Shown here: positions 1-12,670 of the stretch, piece by piece
How the letters are laid out: each line of letters begins with the position of its first letter
Numbering within the stretch: the first letter of the stretch is position 1
Source of the DNA: Lytechinus pictus
Lineage: Eukaryota
Direction of reading: 5' to 3'
Length of the DNA stretch: 64,000 bases
Assembly: GCF_037042905.1 (NCBI RefSeq)
Contig: NC_087251.1
Span: 12,836,001 to 12,900,000, forward strand
Program-made: the position numbers and the translations under genes
Notes under the pieces: model-generated
Database searches by the model: none
Told to the model about the DNA's origin: nothing
Seen by the model: only the letters and a program-made list of their open reading frames with translations

Positions 1-2318
1 TAATGACGCACCTTTGAATTGAGGATTAGTGCCTTCCTCTAGAATATAGTTATCTGTATAATTTAAATTAAAAAGGAGGGAATAATGTTATGGCTACTCA
101 ATGACCATACAATGACCACTTGGGCCACATTAGACAGTGGTGAGGTATTTGGCACAATTTTTTTACTCAAGGTGAGCTTGTAATATTTCCAATCGAAAGG
201 GATTGAACGCATTTCCACAATTGCTCCTGTCATGTTTTTTTTATACAAAAGTCATACATGCGATAAATAGTCAAAATGGCCAAAATGGTTTCAAAATTTT
301 GATTATGTACTATTAGTCATATCATATTGAAATCAATAATTGATATAATACATCTTATTAACAATACAGAGCGACAACAGAATTTGAATCCTTTTTGATA
401 CATGCAAATGTTATTGGTCATTCTCGGGACCAAAAGCGACCACTAGCTCATAAATGGTCATTAAGACTAAGATATTTGGAATCACTAAGCTACATTAATC
501 TAGAAAAATGTCTTAACATAACATGTTAATGATGCTAAAATGTCTCATTCCTGAATTTGCTGCCCCATATATGTGAGGTTTCCATAATCATTTTCTGTGT
601 GGTCAAGGTGGCTAAAATCATATAAATGACCACAGTGCATGGTCAAACAACCTTATGTATGCTCGATGTAAAGGATTTTATCACAATTATCAACACTCTT
701 CACCGATTATTGGTAGCTCATGCTGATAATGATACTGACCAACATTTGAGCCCTTTTTGACTCATCAAAGCATGTATGGTCTCTCTCTTAGCTGATCCCT
801 CCACTAATTGAAGATTCCTAGGGTCCATGGTCACTGGTCAATATTGAGGGAAACGTCAAAATGACCACAGGGTCCAAAAGTTATGCCAATAACACTGGTC
901 TGTGTGGAATCGTTTCATTGATTTCCACCAAGAAGCTTTCAAACTTCCTCATTTCACAATAATTGATGCTAATATTAACGCAATCCAAAATTTCTCCTCA
1001 CCATGTTCCATATAACCTGAATTAACAGACACAATGAGCAGGGCTGGCCGGGGGTCAAGGTGGCCAAAATGACCAAGGTAGTCAACTTTGGGGATGCTCA
1101 ATTTTAAGGATTCATTCACCGGTGTTGGGTGTCACAGCACACCCTTGTTAAGATTCTGGTAACATTCGAAGTATTTTTGGATAAATTGAACTGATGTTAT
1201 TGGCCATTTTAAGGGCCATAAGTGGCCAAAATGACCTTAAGCTGTTGAATAGGGTCATTAGGACTGATATATTTGGAATTAGCATCAAATTTAAACAAGA
1301 TGAACTTTTGAATGCATTTCAATTTTATATGGGAAGAAGATAAAACATGCTGAAGACCTCAAATTCCTGCCTATATGTGCAGTTTATTATGCAAAACTGC
1401 GTGAATGGTCAGTTATGTCTAAAGTACGCCAAATGACCCTCATAGGTCAAAACTGATGGAATAAATTGCATGAGGTCAAAATACATTTGAGATGTTCAAT
1501 TTAAAGGATTAATACACCAATGTTAGGTGTCACAGTATGCCCTTGTAACCATTCTGGTAACATTCAAAGTATTTTTGGATAAATTGAACTGATGTCATTG
1601 GTCATTTTAAGGGCCATAAGTGGTCAAAATGACCTTAAGCTGTTAAATAGGGTCATTAAGACCGATATATTTGGAATCAGCATAAAATTCTACACAAGAA
1701 AGACATTTAAATGCATTCTCATTTTATAAGGGAAGAAGATAAAACACACTGAAGTCCTCAATTTCCTGCCTATTTGAACAGTTAATAATGCAAAACTGCG
1801 CGAATGGTCAGTTATGTCTAAAGTACGCCAAATGACCCTCATAGGTCAAAACTGACAGAATAAATTACATGAGGTTGATGGGTATGATCCAGCGCACATT
1901 TTGAAAATAAATGTGGATTTCTAAAAACATCCGATCGTAGCTCTGATAAATATTTGTAACACATTACGGGCAAAAAAATCATGAAAATTGTCATTTTTGG
2001 CCAAATTATGGCCAAAATGACCACTTCTCTTGTGATTTGGCAAATGAAACCACTTTATCTGGAATCTGGGTGCATTTTTACTTAAAATAGACCCTTCTGA
2101 TTGCATGTGGCTACAAAAGCATTCTGTTAAGGGACCATTTTTCAAAGAGTGGTCAAAATTGTCATTTTTGGTCAAAAATTTGCCAAAATGGCCAATATGG
2201 CGTGAGTACGGTCAATAAGAGTGACATTTTTGGAATCAGCGCACAATTTTACCCCGGATAAGCTTGTCAAACCTTCCCCACCAAAAATTCTGAATAAAGC
2301 CCCCTATCTCCTAGACTA
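1..2318. mobile_element. Right part of a non-autonomous DNA transposon (Academ-like terminus) inside a MOCS3 intron
   Basis: Ends ...tatctcctagacta at 2318; the reverse complement TAGTCTAGGAGATA resembles the TAGTCCAGGAAAAATA terminus at 45935. Internal ~398-bp tandem duplication (gtatttttggataaattgaactgatg at 1171 and 1569) and many ggtca/tgacc motifs. No credible ORF; left end is outside the window. Confidence 0.55.
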
Positions 2319-2806
2319 TTTGAACCTTATGTGAAAAATACTTATAATTTTCAGGTAATGCATCAAAATTTGCTCCATATTTTCATAGACTGCAACACAA
2401 AAAGTTTTTTTTATAGCAGAGTTTTACAAAGGACTGTACTGAACTTAGTTGAGAGTTTTTCTCTTATTTCCTAAATGGCTAATCAAATTTGATATGCAAT
2501 ATTATTCCAGATAAATAGTACTAGTAAAGATACTACTAAATTAATGAATTTGTAAGAATCAAGCAGCTGTTTTTTAACACATATTTCATCCTTTATTAAT
2601 CCTTCATTAATAAAAGCATTAAAAATTATAGTAATGGTTTTAAATATGTCAAGAAAACACTTTCGCTAGCATTTCAACACTTCATATTTCAGTGTAAGTA
2701 CTGCTATATCAGTAGCTATATGAGACACCCCCTAGTTTTTGTTGTGGATGTTTTTTTTTTTTCATTATGTATCTCTTGTTTTATTATTGTTTAATTATAT
2801 TTACAG

Positions 2807-2957
2807 TGTATAACATTACATCTTCTGGAACCCAAAGATAGACTTAGCCCTCAGACCCTTGCCAGTAAACTCCTCAGCCAAGACTCGTCTTCTCGTCTCC
2901 TACTGGATTGCAGACCCGAGATTGAGTTTGAAATCTGTAGACTACCAGACAGCATCA
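2807..2957 (+). CDS. MOCS3: MOCS3/UBA4 adenylyltransferase-sulfurtransferase, internal exon (start of rhodanese domain)
   Basis: ttacag acceptor at 2801-2806. Translates CITLHLLEPKDRLSPQTLASKLLSQDSSSRLLLDCRPEIEFEICRLPDSI, matching the MOCS3 LLDxRPxxExxICRLP motif. Donor GTATCCTTT at 2958, phase 1. Confidence 0.93.
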
Positions 2958-3666
2958 GTATCCTTTGCCATTGTACCTTACACTCAATAAATTGTCAGTC
3001 TCCTCTGATATGAGACCCACACTCTGTTAGAAAGATGTAAAGGTCCATTTTATTGAACTTTTGTGAGAGAAAAAAATATCCACCATGCTAGATTCAATTC
3101 AAAATTTCATTTATTTTTCACTCGTAAAAAGCAATCAACAACATATAAACACATACAATATACATGAATACACAATTAAAATTTGTAGTGAAAATGAGTG
3201 AGAACAGTAGCAAGAAAGGACAAACCTTATAAATGCCTACCCAAGATACTGATACTTAAAAATGGAAAAAATTGATATATTATATATAGAAATGAGACAA
3301 CAAAAAGCTGAACAAACCCTAGACAAAACAAAACTATAATAATGTAAATGACACTGATCATTTAAAAAAAATTATATTTCTATTTGAGAACATTTAGTGA
3401 TATACTTTTATGAATTTCAGTTGAAATTGAATTCCAAATGACAGGACATTGATAAAAAACTGATTGATTCAGATTCAGGGCATGATATCTTTACCATCAA
3501 GTATGATTTTAATTTCTACATGCTAATGGATTGGAAACGGACTCGTAGAGTGTTGAAATTATATCTATACACATAGAGGAATGATGTGTAAAGAAGGGTT
3601 GAATTTTGTGAATAATTTGTCTAATGTAGATGATGTCTGTTCATGACCTTGACCTGTGATTCACAG
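2958..3666 (+). other. MOCS3: U12-type (minor spliceosome) GT-AG intron of MOCS3
   Basis: 5' splice site GTATCCTTT; branch-site motif CCTTGAC at 3647-3653 with the A 14 nt before the end of the AG; no polypyrimidine tract. Confidence 0.88.
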
Positions 3667-3765
3667 ATGTCCCAATTGATGACATCGAGAGTGAAAAGGG
3701 TATACCCAGATTAAAAGAAATCATCAGTAATCAGCTTGTTAATCAACATGAGAATTCATTTCCAG
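3667..3765 (+). CDS. MOCS3: MOCS3 internal exon
   Basis: tcacag acceptor, 99 nt, phase 1-1, (N)VPIDDIESEKGIPRLKEIISNQLVNQHENSFP, donor gtaagt at 3766. Frame is continuous with both flanking exons. Confidence 0.9.
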
Positions 3766-4218
3766 GTAAGTGAATTATTTCTTTGTTGACTCAATTATAA
3801 AATTCTTCAGTCTTCCAGCAGACGTCCAACTCCATTCTTATTTGGTTTGATCATTCTCAATTATTGCCTTGAGTTGATTTTATTAGTTTTCTTGATAAGT
3901 CTACGAGCGTCTTTCTCTTTCGATAGCGGAAATGTCTCTATCATTCACTTAAAAGGTCTAGATTTTTTGATACTTTCCATGTTTTCTTTGTTTCATGTTT
4001 GTTTATCGGAATACTGAATTGATATAAATGCACTTCATCAGACAAATTATTTTACCCAAAGCTATTTTTAGATCATAATCTGGAAAGTGTATTATTTACC
4101 TCCTGTGTAAATATCTCAAAATGGATATCTGTGTTCCCATGAGATTGGACTAAAATGAATTTTCAGTAGTCCATTTAGATTTTGACTTATTGCTTTTTTT
4201 TCTCCTGTCTTCATACAG

Positions 4219-4370
4219 TGTATGTTGTATGCAGAAGAGGTAACGACTCACAGAAAGCAGTCCTCAAGCTACGCAAGGAGTTAGACTCTTTACCAGTCAC
4301 TGTGAAGGATGTTTGCGGAGGATTGACAGCATGGGCTAACCAAGTAGATCCAGACTTCCCACAGTACTGA
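4219..4370 (+). CDS. MOCS3: MOCS3 last coding exon (rhodanese active-site loop)
   Basis: Pyrimidine tract plus catacag acceptor. (V)[14 protein letters not shown]...[22 protein letters not shown], the characteristic MOCS3/Uba4 CRxGNDSQ loop and C-terminal FPxY. Confidence 0.96.
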
Positions 4371-4605
4371 TGCAAGATAATGGGTGCTCTTTTTATAGAT
4401 TTCTATATAGCTATCTTTTGTTTAATATTTTGTTGTTGTTGGAAGTATGTTGTTCACTTTTTGCACATTCTCCTCTCCCTGGGGATCATTATACTATGTA
4501 CTGTCAGTGTTCTGTTTTGCAGTGGGATCCAACATTTTAAAGCACAAATTACCTGCAATATATTTACATGTATGTAGAGGGGACGCGAGTGGTGAATGTG
4601 TTCGG

Positions 4606-4702
4606 GTTATCACCCAGCCTCCACAATAAAGGGGAAGAAAAAAAACCATTTTTTTATAATGTTTTTTTTTCTTCCCCTTTATTGTGGAGGCTGGGTGATA
4701 AC
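4606..4702. repeat. Perfect 40-bp inverted repeat (17-nt loop) in the probable MOCS3 3' UTR
   Basis: 4606-4645 is the exact reverse complement of 4663-4702. Contains AATAAA at 4625-4630. Confidence 0.9.
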
Positions 4703-5044
4703 ATCCATATGCCACTTTGTAATTTTTCAAATTACCTGAATTTTTCAACAACCAAACAATCGGCAGTATGTCAAGGTGGATGAAGTGATAAAGTCTGTCT
4801 AGGACACAAGTAAAATACATTTCATTAAAATATGCGTTGAGATTCAATACTGAGAAGATATCTACATGATTAGATTTCCTGACCTGACAACTATGTTTTG
4901 AGTGAACATGCTGCTGTCACCTTTTTTGGGGGGCATTCACACAGTGACGCTCTCTCTCCAGCGGAATCTTGTCCTTTCCTTCCTTTATTGACTGAGGGGT
5001 GTTTTCTCTTCTGGTCCAACCAGGGTCCAGTAAGGTAGCTCCAC

Positions 5045-5200
5045 CGTAGAGGAATGTGTGTGTTACATCAGGATAACTTTTCCAGACTTTACATGCACTT
5101 AATTTCCTTTTCCAAGGTAGCAAGACGTGGTGTCACAGCCTGTATATATGCATGAAAGAGGGTAGTCCAATGTAGCCCTGTCTCATCACAATTTCAGGTT
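5045..5200 (-). pseudogene. Frameshifted XPG/FEN1-like nuclease fragment, AcademX transposon-type
   Basis: Across frameshifts reads IGLP-LFHAY-TGCDTTSCYLGKG-KLSACKVWKSYPDVTHTFL (FHAxTGCDTTS..GKG motif). Confidence 0.65.
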
Positions 5201-5254
5201 TGTTCCGCACAGATCTCCCTCAGTGATGATTTCCTCAAGTTCTTTTCTCCATCA

Positions 5255-6145
5255 TTTCCATGCTTGAACCATATACAGACTCCCAACTCTTTTGGGGAAC
5301 TCTTGACCAAGTCATGTGACGACACGGGCTGGCACTACTCCTCTTACTCCCTTGCATAAGACTCCATGAATAAGATATGTGAAAAGCGTGTAGGCTGGGA
5401 AACTTGATGGCTTGCATTAGAGGTAAAGAGAGAGAACAATCTAAAAACGAATATGTAACTTGATCAATAGATTTGAATAAATTTATTTTACGAATGTTTC
5501 ATATTTTTCTTTCGCTTCTTTATTGTTATTCTTCCCCCAGTATTCAATGATCAATTTTTAGGAATGTTGCATTCTATATAGGCTATTCAATATTGGACCT
5601 ATTCATTCCAAAATATTCTTTCAGGAAATCTCTCACGAGTAGCATAGGATTTTCATGTTGACGTTGGGTCAAGCCAATGAAAAATTATTTTTCCTGGAGA
5701 AAGTTTATTTTCTGCAAATTCTTTGTGCTTAAGCTGTTGCTCAATCACCAACACTTTATCATCAATTTTCTGCAATTTTTCTCCTGGATAATGAAAATTT
5801 TCTGTTAAAAAACTGTAGCCCTTTTGCTTTGAAATTCCAATGCTTCCTAAAAAATGCTCAACATTGGACATATGTCCAACACCCCTTTCCTATCAAAAGT
5901 CTCAAAATCTGATTCATCCGACTCGGTTTGTGTGACCTTCGTCACAAGCTTCTCTGGCGGGCTCTACTTTTAAGACTAAGGCATTATATTCAGGGAACTC
6001 CTGGCGAAGTCGCGTAATGACACAGGCTGGCACTACCCTTTTCACTCCCTTTCCTTAGATTTCATGGACTGCATTAGTGGAATAAGCAGAAAACAAACTA
6101 AAAATGAATATTTAGCTTGATCAATAGATTTGAATAGATTTCTGT
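5255..6145 (-). pseudogene. Two decayed copies of a P2X7 C-terminal (ballast)-like exon, KolobokP transposon-type
   Basis: ~5260-5420 reads AYTLFTYLIHGVLCKGVRGVVPARVVT*LGQEFP; ~5985-6075 reads GKGVKRVVPACVITRLRQEFPE. Flanking non-coding sequence is also duplicated (cttgatcaatagatttgaata near 5460 and 6117). Confidence 0.6.
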
Positions 6146-6451
6146 TGTAATGTTTTTCCTTTGCTTTGTTATTGTTATTTTTCCCACAATCTTAAAGGAT
6201 TAACAGCTATTGACTCTTATATTCAGGGTCAAGTGCATAGCACAGAGGGTGAGACATTTTAGAAGAAATTGTGATTGTAGCTCCAAATAACTTATTTGAA
6301 AAGTTGTGCATAGAATAAAAGCTCAGAATACAACTGTTATACATTCCACTACAGATTTACAAAATTGGTTATACCTTTTCTGGTAAACATTTCTGTCTAA
6401 ACTCTCTTTATGTTACCGCAAAAAAAAAATGTTGTGTATGACTGGTAGCAG

Positions 6452-6695
6452 CTAAGGTGGTATCTTACTTTCAAGGCCACCAAAACTCATTTCACCAGCA
6501 AAGAGAGGTTCAGCTTCTTTTTCCTCTTCCTTGTCAAAGCATTCAGTAATTGTCTTTTTCTTCTGGCATATTATGCATTGCTGTTTTAGAAGGTAGGCAA
6601 GCTTAGAATCAAATCTTGCAAAATCTCCTTGGACCCTAACCTTCCTGGGTGTTGGAGGCTCTTCTACCACTTCCTGGCTGGTGGTAGTAGCTGTG
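6452..6695 (-). pseudogene. Decayed transposon coding exon (CxxC-containing, possibly an Academ N-terminal region)
   Basis: Acceptor-like tttctattgtgtcacag, then TTTSQEVVEEPPTPRKVR...LLKQQCIICQKKK. Family assignment is weak. Confidence 0.3.
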
Positions 6696-7169
6696 ACACA
6701 ATAGAAAAGAAAACAAAAAGTATCAAGCAAACTAGAAAAAAAAATCCCTTGTAAATATGTGTCAAACATTAATTTCTAATAACTTCAATCTGCATATCTA
6801 ATAAAGTTCATATCAAATGCATGAATCGTGATGTTCTATTAAATAAAACATATTGTAATATATTTAAAATCAGTTTAAAAGTGAAATATGTATCATGAAA
6901 TACATTCCCAACAAGTGTCCATTATCAACCATTAATAGTTTACCTTTGGTAATTTAATGTAGAACTATGAAGTAACCATTATTATTCAACAACATAAAAA
7001 TATTACAAATGGTAATGCTCGCTAAACAGGAATTCATGCATAGGACAAACCCAAGGTTTTGAATAATTCTACATGTAATGCTAGTTTTTGCATGAACAGA
7101 TTTGCATGAATCTATTCAGTAATGGAGAGTTATTTGAAAAGAGCACACCTTGTTCTCTGGGCTAGAGGC

Positions 7170-8130
7170 CTATCCATAAAGCCGCAGCCCATTGGCAAAT
7201 GTTAGCGTCATTATCTCTGTTAGGGTGGTTCTGCGGATCTCTGCCACTACTTGGCCCACATCGCCAGATATGCAGGAGTGTTATACTCCTGGTTGGGGAG
7301 AATCGGACTACAATAGGAGCTGATCTTGCTTGATCTCCTGGACTGCGACATGCTGCTTTGTAGAAAGTAGCAATGGGGGAAGGCTTAAGTCTATTCACAG
7401 ACCGCCGTGAGGTCTCCACAGAAGCAATCCTCTGCTGCACCAGGCAATTTTCCCTTAATTGTCTCGCAAAGGCAATATGAGTTACCTCCTTGCCCAAACA
7501 GTTCCTTCTAGATCCACGGATATATATTACCAACACTTTCCCTAGGTTGCCGAGATCTAGAAAACCGATGCAAGAGAACCTCCTGCTGTTTCCATAAGCC
7601 TGGGCTCATTGTGTGGTTGAGCCCGACCTCACTCAGTCAAATTACCAGCAGAAAAGCGAGGTAATGCAAAGAAAAAAGGATCTTATTGCCTATTAGTATA
7701 GAGATGGGCCTTCTTGGGGTGGATCCCTACTGCGATATTCCACAGTTACCCTTCCTGAATATTCAGGAGATCCTGTTCAAGGGCAGGGTTAGTGAAAAAG
7801 TCAGGGTCACAGTAGTTCTTCACTCCCCCTTCTACCCCGACGTAGTGGATGGGTGCCCTCCCAGGTGTCATAGGGACTAGTTGCCGAGTCTCATTCACGC
7901 AGTCAGGCACAGGTCGAGGGACCGACATCAGGACCAGAGGCTCCTGTGCGGATTGTCCTGAATTTGAGGCAGGTCTCACCGGAATCTGTGATGGTTGCAT
8001 TCCCTAATGGTCTCTGAACTCAGCGATATGCTGTCACTGGTTATCCGAGAGTAGGTCCAATAGGAATGCCAAAGGCGGATAATGAATCAGCGCTGCGGGC
8101 AAGTTCATTTTTGGCTTGAGAGCTGGATCC
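7170..8130 (-). pseudogene. Intronless decayed TatD-family nuclease, copy 1 (partial)
   Basis: In order on the minus strand: NLPAALIHY, GGVKNYCDP, IAVGIHPK, SEVGLNHT (GEVGLD-like), KVLVIYIRG. Contains stops and frameshifts. Confidence 0.7.
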
Positions 8131-8439
8131 ACTTTTGGTCTCTTATGGTAGTCAATCATGGCCTGCATCTCGAACAGATTCTGAATCTTACTTTCTTTGT
8201 TCTATTCTTTGGGTGATGCTTCACCCATATGACTCATCTTCTCCTGGACTTCTTGGAATCAAGGAGCACAATAAGCAGTGCGCTGTATACAATCTTGCAT
8301 TGGTACTATTTTACTTTCTCTTTCCACCGACTCTGTATACAATATAGATACATATATACAATATATGGTTACCTGCTTCTTGCCTTTTATCTTTACCCTT
8401 ATCAGACCACTCCATATGAAGAAGAGTGGTGTCTTTTCT

Positions 8440-9780
8440 TGCACCCTTCCTTGCTGCCCTTTGGGGTAGCTGTGCAGCCCTTTGCCATGTATGACCCTTT
8501 GAGGCAATCGAAACATAGACCCTTAGCCTTGACAAAGGCAATCCTTTCATTTATTGACTGACCTTTAAATTTGCGGCACTTCTCAAGCTCATGATTCTCT
8601 GTCCAGCATAGGTTTCACAGACTTGCTTGTAGTATTGAAGGTCGAAACCTTCAGCCGAGGCTTTCCCGAGGATGCCTTCTTATCTTGCCCGACCGGACGC
8701 CCAACACTCTTACTGAGCACATTACTCGCCAACTAAACGGATTCTTCAATAAAGTCCGTCAGATGGGAGAAGTTGGGCATCACTGATTGTTCCATCAGTG
8801 AATGTGCTCGGTTTGCCCACTTGGACTGAATGTGGACTGGGAGAAGATGTTGAATCTTCAGTAGGGTATCCGTTGTACTCATATCAGCCGAGTACCCCAT
8901 CTGAGAAGTTGTCATCTGACACCTCCTCATGTCTCTGGCTAGATCCCACAGACCTTGGCTGTCCGTCACCCTAAGTGGTGATCTAGTGATAACCTCCTCC
9001 AGATGAGCTCTAGCCACTATGTAGTTCTGTCCGAACTGGTCCTGTAATATTATCCTTGCTCTGGAATAACCTGTATCGGGATCGAGTAATACACAATTTT
9101 CTATGGCCTCTCTGGCCTTGCCTAGGGTAAACTGAATTAAGTAAGACAATTTTAACCTACTGTCATGAATTCTGTCAGCAATGTTAACTTCGAAACTACG
9201 AAATTCCAATAATCGATTGGATTGCCAGAGAAAGTTGGCATGTCTGGTTTTGGCAAACTTAGAGCCATTGCCATCATATTAGGATTATACATGTTGTTGA
9301 CTGGGGTCTGAAATAGATTGGGTATGAAGGGCTTCTGTTCTTGTACTTGGTTGTTAATTTGGTGATTACCATTGTATCCCCTGCTTAATCCCACAACTTC
9401 ATTTCCCTTTCTTCATTTACCTGTTCTTGCCACATAGTGGCTTCAACCATGGCATTTTACTTGTCATCGTCGATCTTGAAAAGTTCTATTCTTTCCTTTA
9501 GTTCAAATTGTTCTAGTTGTAGTTCAAATTGGTCTCGTCTTAGTCTTTGTTCCTGTAAGAAATGCTCCCTTTTCTTGTTCACCAGCTCCTCCGTCACCCT
9601 CGCTGCTCTCAGTTTCACACTTGATGTTTCGCTTATACAAGACACTCTGGACATGGCGCTCCCCCGGGATGTGGTAAACTTCACATCATCCTCGTCGTCT
9701 CCAGCCCCAGGTCAAACTCCAGCAAGGTCTTCTGAATAGCATTGGTAATCTGATCAGTTGCTATTCCTCCTAGAATAGAT
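8440..9780 (-). mobile_element. BEL/Pao LTR retrotransposon gag fragment
   Basis: LPKPDMPTFSGNPIDYWNF / RSFEVNIADRIHDSRLKLSYLIQFTLGKAREAIENC (Pao-type gag), followed by degenerate Zn-knuckle residues (HELEKC, LCFDCL). Frameshifted. Confidence 0.85.
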
Positions 9781-9784
9781 TGAA

Positions 9785-10110
9785 GTGAGGAGTAGCTTGG
9801 ATCCTTTGCTTCAAGGCACACTTGACCTGCCAAAAGAAAGAGTGACACCTGGCAGGCCACCATTTACCTTAACCGGAGTCGACTTCTTCAGGCCATTCAG
9901 TGTTAAGCAAGGCCGGAGCCAGCCCAAGAGGTATGACTGTATATTCACTTGTTTGACCACTAGGGCTTTGCGTCTGGAGATAGCCAACTCCTTGGACACA
10001 GATTCATTCATTAATGCTCTTAGAAGATTTGTAAATCGCAGGGGGACTACCTGAGAAAATCTTCAGCGATAACGGCACAAACTTCAGAGCAGGACATTAA
10101 GAACTAGAGC
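9785..10110 (+). mobile_element. BEL/Pao integrase fragment (opposite strand to the adjacent gag)
   Basis: [25 protein letters not shown]...[35 protein letters not shown], then IFSDNGTNF after a disruption. Confidence 0.9.
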
Positions 10111-11824
10111 ATGACTATTATTTTAAAAGTAACTTCATGGTCGTTCGTCTGTTGAAACTTTGGAGACATTTCTATTGGAAATTATTGGGCTAGAGTAAAT
10201 TAAAGGCCTGTAGAAATTGTTATTTCATCACCTGCACTGATGCTTTTTTAGGATTATCCAACTTTGTGCTAATTAGTTTAGGCCTTTGTAAGTACAAGGG
10301 TTACTCAACCCATACAGTGGTTTTTTTTTAAAGCTTTAGAAATTTCTTTTATTAGGGGATTTTTCAAACTCTGAAAATAGCCCTTATTTTTTGTTGATCT
10401 TGGGTCTTTACCTGAATGTTCAGTCTGTACCAGCCTATGGACTTTGGCATAACAGTACATGAATGCTTCATTAGCACTAGATTTTTCTATAGGATATCTC
10501 CACATTAAAAGGTTTTTCAGTGGACCTATGATTACTCAGGTAGAAGTAGTTTTTCAAGTTTTTTCGTACTTTTTGGGACGGGTCAAACTGCGCAGTAACT
10601 TGCACTCATGTTTGTTTTTTACAGCGGAGAATTTAAAGATCGACGTATAAACAGCTTCAAATTTTCTAAATTGAACAGTGCACTGCTAATCGCATTAGTG
10701 TTATGTATTTTGTAATCACATTTTTAATCATGATTCATGTTGCCCGTCTGACGAGCAATTGGCGGTTGTCTGGTCACTCCCCCACATCCACGAGCACCTC
10801 GTCCACAATTTCCTAGGCGTTGACCACATCCATGTTGTTGCCTTTTGCGCCCTTGGTCTGCAGACCCACGCACTGCCGACGTTGCAACTCTTATGAATGA
10901 GGTGGGGGAATAACTGGAGTTCTCTTCATCATCAGCAGCATTTCCTACCTGTGAATAAAGTGATTGGGTAGGAATAAAAGTTGTATAATATGAATAATTG
11001 TGTTCTTCAATGTTGCAATACCGATGTGTAAATGAAGAGTTTCCAAGAGTAGGCCTAAGCTAGGCCTATACGGTGCCCATAATTTTGAAAATGAAATATA
11101 TTTACACTGGTATAAAGAGGTGGCAGAACAAATTTGAAAGTGGAGACTCTGAAAAGGGGCACGTTGACATTGATAAGGGCGTACGCATATTCTTTGATGG
11201 TGGTGGTAGTGAGGGGGGGGCTGAGTAGGTGTGCAAATTGACCTTTAGGGGGTGCAAAAGTGACCTTTATCTTAGAGGGGAAAAAGCAAAAAAGAAAAAA
11301 TTTGTACGAAAATAAACGGACTTAACCCTACTGCTTTAGCTGATATACATGTATGCCCTTATTGACGTCAGATTATTTTGTAACACCTCGACCCACCCCC
11401 ACCCCGCTTATCGCTTGACCATGTGACGTGACAAAAAAATATATGTATTATACCTTTTTGCTCGCCCGGTGTGACGGGAATGAAAATATTGGGTGTAACA
11501 CAGTAGAAAATTTTGAGATCATTGCTGAATGTAACAGTGCATTTTAAACCCTAATGACCAAATTTGAAGTTTGTTTTAGATAGGCCCCCTAAGGAATCTG
11601 AGTGCTAGAAAAGAACAAAAATAACATCAATATGTGGGCTGTATGCCCCAAGCCCCTTCCCCCCATGCCATGTGCTTGGCAACTGTAACATACTCAGAAG
11701 AACACGTCATGACACAAGCTCTGCCTGTTCAAGTGTGTTTAATGCGTAATGCGACTTCGCTAACGCTACACAGTAAATGCAATCATGTGGACACCTGTTG
11801 GTGCTATGTTATTCACATACCTTA

Positions 11825-12556
11825 AAGGAGAGGAAGTTGTCAGGGATTCAAGCAACTACCCTCCGGGATCTGAAAAAGGAGGTGCAGAGGAGGGCACTCT
11901 ATGTAGTTCCTGAAGGCCCCCTCAAGAGGACAGTCTTTGAATTCACTGATCATTTCGCTAATAATAGCGAACCGTCTAAGAGACAAGAGCCTGAAATTGT
12001 TTGCATCGGTGCGTCGTGGAACCCTCTGAGTTGGATCTTTCTCACGCGTACGCACAACTCAACTTGGATCAGTAAAGTCAGCAGTATCTTACTATCAACA
12101 CGCATATGGGATTGTACTCCTACACAAAACTACCATATGGAATTAAGTCCTCACCGAAGATCTTCCAAGCGACAATGGATAAGATTCTTCAAGGTATCCC
12201 CCATTGCTTGTGTAATCAAGATGATGTATTGATAGCTACAACCACAGTGGATGAAAATCTTGATGTGCTTGCGCAAGTGTTGAAGCGTTTGAATGATCAT
12301 AATGTGAAGCTAAAAAGGAGCAAATGTGCCTTTGTGGAAAGTGAAGTGGTGTACCTAGGGTTGAAAGTAAGCTCACAGGGGCTTCAACGAGCTAAGAGAA
12401 AAAATCAGATCTATGTTCACAAGGCTTCTGAGGTTTTTGGTTATGAAGGGAACCAAGGAGAGGAAGTTGTCAGGGATTCAAGCAACTACCCTCCGGGATC
12501 TGAAAAAGGAGGTACAGAGGGGGGCACTCTATGTAGTTCCTGAAGGCCCCCTCAAG
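11825..12556 (+). repeat. ~102-bp direct repeat (11825-11926 and 12455-12556) flanking the RT fragment
   Basis: aaggagaggaagttgtcagggattcaagcaactaccctccggg...gaaggccccctcaag occurs twice, nearly identical. Confidence 0.9.
12025..12390 (+). mobile_element. Gypsy/Ty3 reverse transcriptase fragment
   Basis: DLSHAYAQL..YLTINTHMGLYSYTKLPYGIKSSPKIFQATMDKILQGIPHCLCNQDDVLI...LKRSKCAF..VVYLG; one in-frame stop. Confidence 0.9.
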
Positions 12557-12670
12557 CCTTTGTTGTGATCAACATGCAGCAGGACAATAAGGTCTGTTGG
12601 GGACTGCATTACATGCCAACAGGATGCTGAATATCGGCAGAGTTTGGCAACAGACCAACAACGGAGCCAG

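Noticed and set aside
4182..4218. N-terminus of the 62-aa ORF
   Set aside because: It is the intron polypyrimidine tract; the exon starts at 4219.
10740..10950. Minus-strand exon-like Gly/Arg-rich segment with a good acceptor
   Set aside because: Contains stops and no assignable motif; probably transposon debris, but unsupported.
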